Source of the DNA: Candidatus Multivorans sp.
GTDB lineage: Bacteria > Acidobacteriota > Thermoanaerobaculia > Multivoradales > Multivoraceae
NCBI GenBank assembly: GCA_965224025.1
Contig: OZ245033.1
Span: forward strand, 4,960,001-5,024,000
Reading direction: 5' to 3'
Length of the DNA: 64,000 nucleotides
Shown piece by piece: positions 58,745 to 64,000 of this stretch. The notes beneath the pieces are model-generated. The model ran no database searches and was not told the origin of the DNA. It was given only the letters and a program-made list of their open reading frames with translations. Each line of letters opens with the position of its first letter. The first letter of the stretch is position 1. The position numbers and the translations under genes were made by a program.

Positions 58745-60142
58745 ATGTTCATCTCTCCGTCTGTGGGGTCTTCCGTCGGCCAGCCTTACGATTGCTTCGT
58801 GGTCGGTTCTGGCCCGGCTGGAATCACAACTGCGGTGGAATTGGCCAAGGCGAACAGGAGGGTGTTGGTCTTCGAGTCCGGAACCGCCGCCGAGGCGCGC
58901 ACGGACATGGTGAACGCGGTCAACTACGGACACTTTAGGGACAACTGGTGGGACAGACACTCCGTTCGCGTGCTTGGCGGCACTTCAAGAGTGTGGACCG
59001 GCTGGTGCACCACCCTGATGGAGCGCGACTTCAACAACCCCGCGGTTGGCGTTCGCTGGCCAATCACGAAGTCCACTCTGGCACCGTACTATCAACGTGC
59101 CGCGGCGATTCTGGACCGGAAACCCGCCATGCTCGACGTCGAGAGACGTTGGATGCCAGGGTTCGTTTACCGGCCGTACTCCCGGGAACGCGCAACCCGG
59201 TTTGGCACAAAGTACTTCGACGTGCTGGAAGAGTCCTCGGCGATTCACGTAGCGCTCTCTTGTTCGGTCGTTGCTCTCGACCCCAACCCGTCGCGGTCCG
59301 CCGTCGAGCGATTGAGCTACTTTCATCATCCTTCGGGCGAGACTCGGCCACTGGCTGTTGATCCGGCGCAGCCGGTCGTTCTGGCCGGCGGCGGCATCGG
59401 CAATGCCCAACTGCTGCTGCAGCCGCGCTCGGACGGCAGCGTTGCGGTCGGCAACGAAAGCGGCCAGGTGGGGAAGTTCCTGATGGAGCACCCGCACATC
59501 GGCCGCGGCGCTGAACTCGTACTCGACGAGGAGATCGAGCGGCAGCCTCTACCCGCAGACTTTGGTGGCGTCGCCCATGCGCTGGTGGCGGACGATGAGC
59601 AGACGGCGGCATACGGACTACTGGGTTGCAGCATTCAGTGTCACAGGAGAACAAGCGATCATCCGATGGTCGAGTACTTGTCCGGAAAGTACGGGAAGCC
59701 CTTCCACCACTACCGGGCCTTGCTGCGGGCCGAGATGTCGCCATCCGCCGGCAACCGTGTGTCTCTGACCGGCGAACGGAACTCCGCGGGGCTGTACCGG
59801 CCGATCGTGCGTTGCGCTGTCGGCGCGGACGATCTTCTCAGCATCGAAAAGACGCTGCGCCTGCTCGGGCAATCGCTGATCGAGTCAGGGAAGGGCCGAG
59901 TGCGCATCAACAACCGGAGACTCTACGGAAGCATCACTGGTGGTGGCCACGTCATGGGGACCACACGGATGGGCTCGAGTCCGCGGGATTCTGTTGTCGA
60001 TCCGCACTGTCGGGTTCACGGCTATCGCAACCTGTTCGTGGCCGGATCATCCGTGTTTCCCTCCGCCGGGTACGCGAATCCCACGCTGACGATTGTCGGG
60101 CTGTCGTTGCGGTTGGCCGATACTCTCGCGACCTTACGATGA
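58745..60142 (+). CDS. GMC-family FAD oxidoreductase
   Basis: VVGSGPAG, LGGTS..W, GGIGNAQLLL, LMEHPH, HVMGTTRMG, GSSVFPS..ANPTLT. Confidence 0.92.
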   Translation: MFISPSVGSSVGQPYDCFVVGSGPAGITTAVELAKANRRVLVFESGTAAEARTDMVNAVNYGHFRDNWWDRHSVRVLGGTSRVWTGWCTTLMERDFNNPAVGVRWPITKSTLAPYYQRAAAILDRKPAMLDVERRWMPGFVYRPYSRERATRFGTKYFDVLEESSAIHVALSCSVVALDPNPSRSAVERLSYFHHPSGETRPLAVDPAQPVVLAGGGIGNAQLLLQPRSDGSVAVGNESGQVGKFLMEHPHIGRGAELVLDEEIERQPLPADFGGVAHALVADDEQTAAYGLLGCSIQCHRRTSDHPMVEYLSGKYGKPFHHYRALLRAEMSPSAGNRVSLTGERNSAGLYRPIVRCAVGADDLLSIEKTLRLLGQSLIESGKGRVRINNRRLYGSITGGGHVMGTTRMGSSPRDSVVDPHCRVHGYRNLFVAGSSVFPSAGYANPTLTIVGLSLRLADTLATLR

Positions 60143-60762
60143 CCGCGGCAACCTTGAACCGCCGCCTGTCGCGGAGAGTGCTCCTGGCCGGTGGTGGCGG
60201 CGCCGCTCTTGCGACGGCGATCTGGAGATTCTCTGGACCGTTGTTCCGCTCGGACGGGCCCGGCGGAGATGGTCAGGAAGTCGCGGACCTTGCCGGATGT
60301 TTCCCTTACACCGACTACGATGGGTGGCTTGTAAGCGTTCCGGATAGGCGTCTACTGGCGTTTCCGGTTCGTTACACCGAGGGCTGGTACCCGGAAGAAA
60401 GTGACCAGGAAACAACATGGCGATGGTCCTCTCGGACCGCCAGACTCCAGGTGCCGAACCCTGGAGTGGAGGCAGTCCTTGACCTGGACTACGACATGCG
60501 GGCGGAACTCTTCCGGGACCCGCCGAGAACGTTCTCCGTCAGCACGGGCGGCCGAGTTCTCCAGACCTTCGTGGCCGATGTTCCCGGGCGGCGGAGGCAT
60601 GGTATTCCGCTCCCCGTCGGGACTCTGGGGCACGGCGACACCGCGGAGATCGAGCTGGCAACGGATCGCCACTTCGTGCCGGCGGACCGGATTGCCGGTT
60701 CCCGAGACTCGCGAGAACTCGGTGTCCTGGTCTATGGGGTCGAAATTCGGGAGTCTCCATAG
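60139..60762 (+). CDS. hypothetical exported protein with Tat-like leader
   Basis: ATGA overlap with the GMC gene; SRRVLL plus a hydrophobic stretch; GWYPEE..WRWS and DSRELG. Confidence 0.65.
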   Translation: MTAATLNRRLSRRVLLAGGGGAALATAIWRFSGPLFRSDGPGGDGQEVADLAGCFPYTDYDGWLVSVPDRRLLAFPVRYTEGWYPEESDQETTWRWSSRTARLQVPNPGVEAVLDLDYDMRAELFRDPPRTFSVSTGGRVLQTFVADVPGRRRHGIPLPVGTLGHGDTAEIELATDRHFVPADRIAGSRDSRELGVLVYGVEIRESP

Positions 60763-60814
60763 CGGGGACGGGCGACGTGGCCGGCGGCGTCGGATGCCCC
60801 CAAAGCTCATCGCT

Positions 60815-62194
60815 TCATTTCCTGCGCACCCTCAACTCGATGTTGCTGTAGGTCCAGCCCCACTGGGGCGGCTCGATCGCCTCCGTGCCGTCGCCGCCTG
60901 CCACGAGGACGAGCTTGTCGGCCGCGGTGAAGGCGAGCGAATCGACATTTGCTCCTTCACGGGAGCAGGACTGTTCTCCATTGCGGTCCGTGACACACAG
61001 GGACACCTGCCCGCCAGCTACGTAGCTGAAGTGGAGCTTGTAGTTCTGATTCGGCGCCAGCGGGCGCGGCAGAACGAACTTGGGCTTGTCCGTGTGTCTG
61101 ATTCCAATGCCATGGCGGACGAACAGCGAGTTTCGCCGCTGTACGGTGAAGCCGATCAGGTTCCGGTGACGGCTGATCCCAAGCCAGAAGACCTGTGCTC
61201 CCACCGGATCGATGGAGGTTGTCCGCAGATCGAACCGCAGGTCAACGTTCGCGTAGTCGCCGGGCGTCAGACGTGTCTTGAAGGTGTACTGGAGATTGTT
61301 CCTTGCCACGGTGTGGTGGGTGCGATCGAGATCGAGGCAGATCCAACCCGTGGGACATAGGTCGGGCTCAGGCGGCGGCGGTGGTGGCTCCGGAGGCTCC
61401 GGTCCTGGAGGCGGCTCGCCGTAGTCCGGTGGTCGCAGCGCCGAGGCGCGGCTCTGGGATGGTTGCAGGATAGTAAGCCGGTCCGCGTCGTCATCGGCGA
61501 CCAGGCCGGCGACATAGAAGTTGTCGGCGCAGTTCGTGGAGATCGTGTAGTGGTCGCCGAGCTCGATGCCGACCACCTTCAGAACGTCGGCGACGTAGGT
61601 CAAGGACAGCGGCCGGTGTTGGAGGACCCGGGATTCCAGGGCCCAGTTGCCGTCGTGGCTGCGGACCCTGTGTTCACAAGTGCTGTTGGCGTGGGACAGA
61701 TTGAGGATTGCGTAGTCCGAGCGGTCGCGGCTGTCTCGCCGCATCCCGGAAACGAAGGCCCAGGTCCCGCCGGGGACCATGTTCTCCGAGTCGACGATCG
61801 GAACCTGCTCTCGCAGACCGACCCGTTTGCCGCTCGAGTCGGTGGGCATCGTGTAGGCCTGAAAAATGAGTTCGCCGTGGGCGACGAGTTCGACCATCGC
61901 GGGATCCTCGCCGGCGAGGTTGCTGTACTGCATCGTGCGGCCGGCGGGTACCGACATTCTGATGGGCGGGGTGGGCCGCTGGGCGCCGTTGGTCCCGGAG
62001 GCGATGGGCAGGATGTCGAAGACCTGCGCCTCGTCCGTCGGATTGTGGACGCTGAGCAGGACTTCCCTGGCTTCGTCGTCATGCGCGACCACCACGTAGT
62101 ACGTGTCCTGCGCGAGCAGGCTCGCCGGCAAACCGACCAGGAAAGCCGCCAGGGCCATTGCCGCCACTTCTGGATGGCCGATTGGTTTCGTCAT
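60815..62194 (-). CDS. secreted protein with proline-rich linker
   Basis: RBS GGGAGG, signal peptide, two beta-rich regions separated by PPPGPEPPEPPPPPPEP. Confidence 0.8.
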   Translation of the reverse strand: MTKPIGHPEVAAMALAAFLVGLPASLLAQDTYYVVVAHDDEAREVLLSVHNPTDEAQVFDILPIASGTNGAQRPTPPIRMSVPAGRTMQYSNLAGEDPAMVELVAHGELIFQAYTMPTDSSGKRVGLREQVPIVDSENMVPGGTWAFVSGMRRDSRDRSDYAILNLSHANSTCEHRVRSHDGNWALESRVLQHRPLSLTYVADVLKVVGIELGDHYTISTNCADNFYVAGLVADDDADRLTILQPSQSRASALRPPDYGEPPPGPEPPEPPPPPPEPDLCPTGWICLDLDRTHHTVARNNLQYTFKTRLTPGDYANVDLRFDLRTTSIDPVGAQVFWLGISRHRNLIGFTVQRRNSLFVRHGIGIRHTDKPKFVLPRPLAPNQNYKLHFSYVAGGQVSLCVTDRNGEQSCSREGANVDSLAFTAADKLVLVAGGDGTEAIEPPQWGWTYSNIELRVRRK

Positions 62195-62314
62195 CGGATT
62201 CCTCCCTTGCCAATGGAGATTTCACGGACACGTAGATACATGCAGAATACCACATACGCCGCGTTGGAGGAACCCGTTGGCGGGTCTTGAATTTTCGCCG
62301 GTAACATTCGGTGC

Positions 62315-63481
62315 TTGACTGGTCACCGCTTCTCCCGGCGCCTGGGGACCATCCCGCGGGTCGCCGCAATGGGCACCGCGCTGCTTGCCGTGGGCGCGGT
62401 CGCGGCTGCCCAGACACCGAATCGCTGCAAGGCCTTCGGCGACAGCATCACGGCCGGTGTCGGTGATGATCCGGGGCGCGCAGAGGCCGGTTATCCGCCC
62501 CGTCTCGAAGCTCTGGCGCCCGGCCTGGTGGTCGACAACCGGGGCGTCGGCGCCGAGCGGACGCCGGAAGGTCTGGCCCGCATCGCCGACGTGCTGGCGG
62601 AGCCGGGGGACTGCCTGTTGCTGATGGAGGGCACGAACGACATCAGCCGCGGCATTTCGCCGGAAACGACCTTGTTCAACCTGGACCGGATGGCCGCCCG
62701 GGCGGCCGCCGCCGGCCGAACGCCGTACCACGCCACCCTGATTCCCCGCTTGCCGAATGCCCGTTTCGATCCGAACAACTGGCAGAACCAGGATCTGGCG
62801 CAGTCGATCCGGCGGCTGGCGGCGATCCGGGACCGCGGCCTGGTCGACCCGTTCGAGATTTTCAGTACGCAGCGGCGGCTGTTCCACGCGTTCTACTACG
62901 CCGGCGCCGAGGATCCCGTCGGTCACCCGAACGGCGCCGGCTACGACCTCCTCGCCTCGGTCTTCGCCGACGTGCTCCAGGCAACGGATGCGGCGCCGCC
63001 CGTGCCGACGCGGGTGATTCCGGCACACGGCGCCGAGAAGATCCCGCCCGCGACAGTCCTGGAGATCGAGGTGAGGGACTTCGGCAGCGCCATCGACACA
63101 GGTTCCGTGGTGCTCATGGTCGGCGGTTTGCCGGCGCCGGCGCCTGGCGTCGGCGACGACGGACGTTGGCTGCGGTGGCGCTTCTCGCCGACGGCGCTGC
63201 TCGACGGCGTGGTGACGCTGTCCTTGCGCGCCGGCGATGCCGAGGGCAACCTCTACGACCGCATCGTGAGCCGCTTTCTGGTCGAGGGGGCCGTTCTGCC
63301 GCCGGGCGATATCGATCGGGACGGTCGCGTGGACGGCCGGGACCTGGTCTTCCTGGGTCTCGCCTTTGGGGCGGGCTCAAGGTCGCACCGCTTCGACGCC
63401 GATGCCGATCTCGATGGCAGCGGCCAGGTGGACGGCGAGGATTTGGCCATCCTCGCGGCGAACTTCGGCGCCAGCGTCTGA
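62315..63481 (+). CDS. SGNH/GDSL hydrolase with Ig-like and dockerin-like C-terminal domains
   Basis: FGDSIT, NRGVG, EGTND, D..GHPN..GY; two DxDxxGxVDGxDL loops. Confidence 0.85.
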   Translation: MTGHRFSRRLGTIPRVAAMGTALLAVGAVAAAQTPNRCKAFGDSITAGVGDDPGRAEAGYPPRLEALAPGLVVDNRGVGAERTPEGLARIADVLAEPGDCLLLMEGTNDISRGISPETTLFNLDRMAARAAAAGRTPYHATLIPRLPNARFDPNNWQNQDLAQSIRRLAAIRDRGLVDPFEIFSTQRRLFHAFYYAGAEDPVGHPNGAGYDLLASVFADVLQATDAAPPVPTRVIPAHGAEKIPPATVLEIEVRDFGSAIDTGSVVLMVGGLPAPAPGVGDDGRWLRWRFSPTALLDGVVTLSLRAGDAEGNLYDRIVSRFLVEGAVLPPGDIDRDGRVDGRDLVFLGLAFGAGSRSHRFDADADLDGSGQVDGEDLAILAANFGASV

Positions 63482-63485
63482 GTCC

Positions 63486-63648
63486 AGCAGCCCGTGGTGG
63501 AAGTCGCGCTGCATTCGACCGGCGATGAATCACGTCCAACATCGTTGCTCCTCAGTCGAATATGGCCCCGATATGCTCCTTCGTCGCGCCTTGTTGGACG
63601 CGCCCCTCACCGGTCTCGGTGCTACACGGACTTCCACCACGGGCTGCT
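63486..63648. mobile_element. MITE (163 bp)
   Basis: Perfect 20-bp TIR AGCAGCCCGTGGTGGAAGTC (63486-63505) / GACTTCCACCACGGGCTGCT (63629-63648); no transposase. Confidence 0.8.
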
Positions 63649-63659
63649 AGGGAGTGAAC

Positions 63660-64000
63660 ATGCAACTCGGCATTCTGGGCCTGCCCAAGGCGGGAAAGAC
63701 GGCGCTGTTCAATGCGCTCACTGCATCCCGGCAGGCGACCGGCAGGTTCAGGGCGTCGAACACCACGAACGTGGGAGTAGCAGGGGTACAAGACGGGCGC
63801 CTGGAGAAGCTGCGGGATCTCTACCAACCGCGGCGCTACGTGCCGGCGCAGGTCCGATTCGTCGATGTTCCCGGCATCGACCGGGGCCGGGGAGCGACCC
63901 TGGACCTGGCTGAACTGCGGATGATGGATGCCCTGGTCCACGTCGTGCGGGCCTTCGAGGACCCGGAACTCCTGCACCCGTCGGGTCGAATCGACCCGCA
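63660..64000 (+). CDS. ychF: YchF Obg-family ATPase, N-terminal part (runs off window)
   Basis: MQLGILGLPKAGKTALFNALT...NVGVA.V.DGRL..L...FVDVPG...DALVHVVRAF; RBS GGGAG. Confidence 0.9.
   Translation, partial: MQLGILGLPKAGKTALFNALTASRQATGRFRASNTTNVGVAGVQDGRLEKLRDLYQPRRYVPAQVRFVDVPGIDRGRGATLDLAELRMMDALVHVVRAFEDPELLHPSGRIDP

Overview
GC-rich bacterial chromosome segment; gene content tentatively suggests an Acidobacteriota-like organism. Housekeeping genes (ppx, ltaE, a FecCD/Btu-type ABC transporter, peroxiredoxin, coaA, purA, tRNA-Lys, ychF) alternate with accessory DNA. The accessory DNA comprises a partly decayed defence cluster (PD-(D/E)XK protein, broken DNA methyltransferase, VapBC, McrBC; ~5.0-11.4 kb), a TonB receptor/TPR/LytS/LytTR cassette, an intact IS110 with a recognisable bridge-RNA-like leader, an internally deleted IS630 and a MITE. 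The most striking feature is a ~15.35 kb element (34739-50089) bounded by inverted arrays of Mu-like transposase-binding repeats. It lacks transposase, repressor, terminase, portal, capsid and lysis genes, but keeps an uninterrupted lambda-like tail operon, GemA- and Mor-like regulators and a DUF2235 (Tle1-like) hydrolase. Its tail-tip gene has a 540-bp tandem duplication whose 18 codon differences are all non-synonymous, and a G10 tract. Five genes between 3.4 and 15.2 kb are frameshifted, which may be decay or sequencing error. All family assignments come from motif recognition by eye; no database searches were run.
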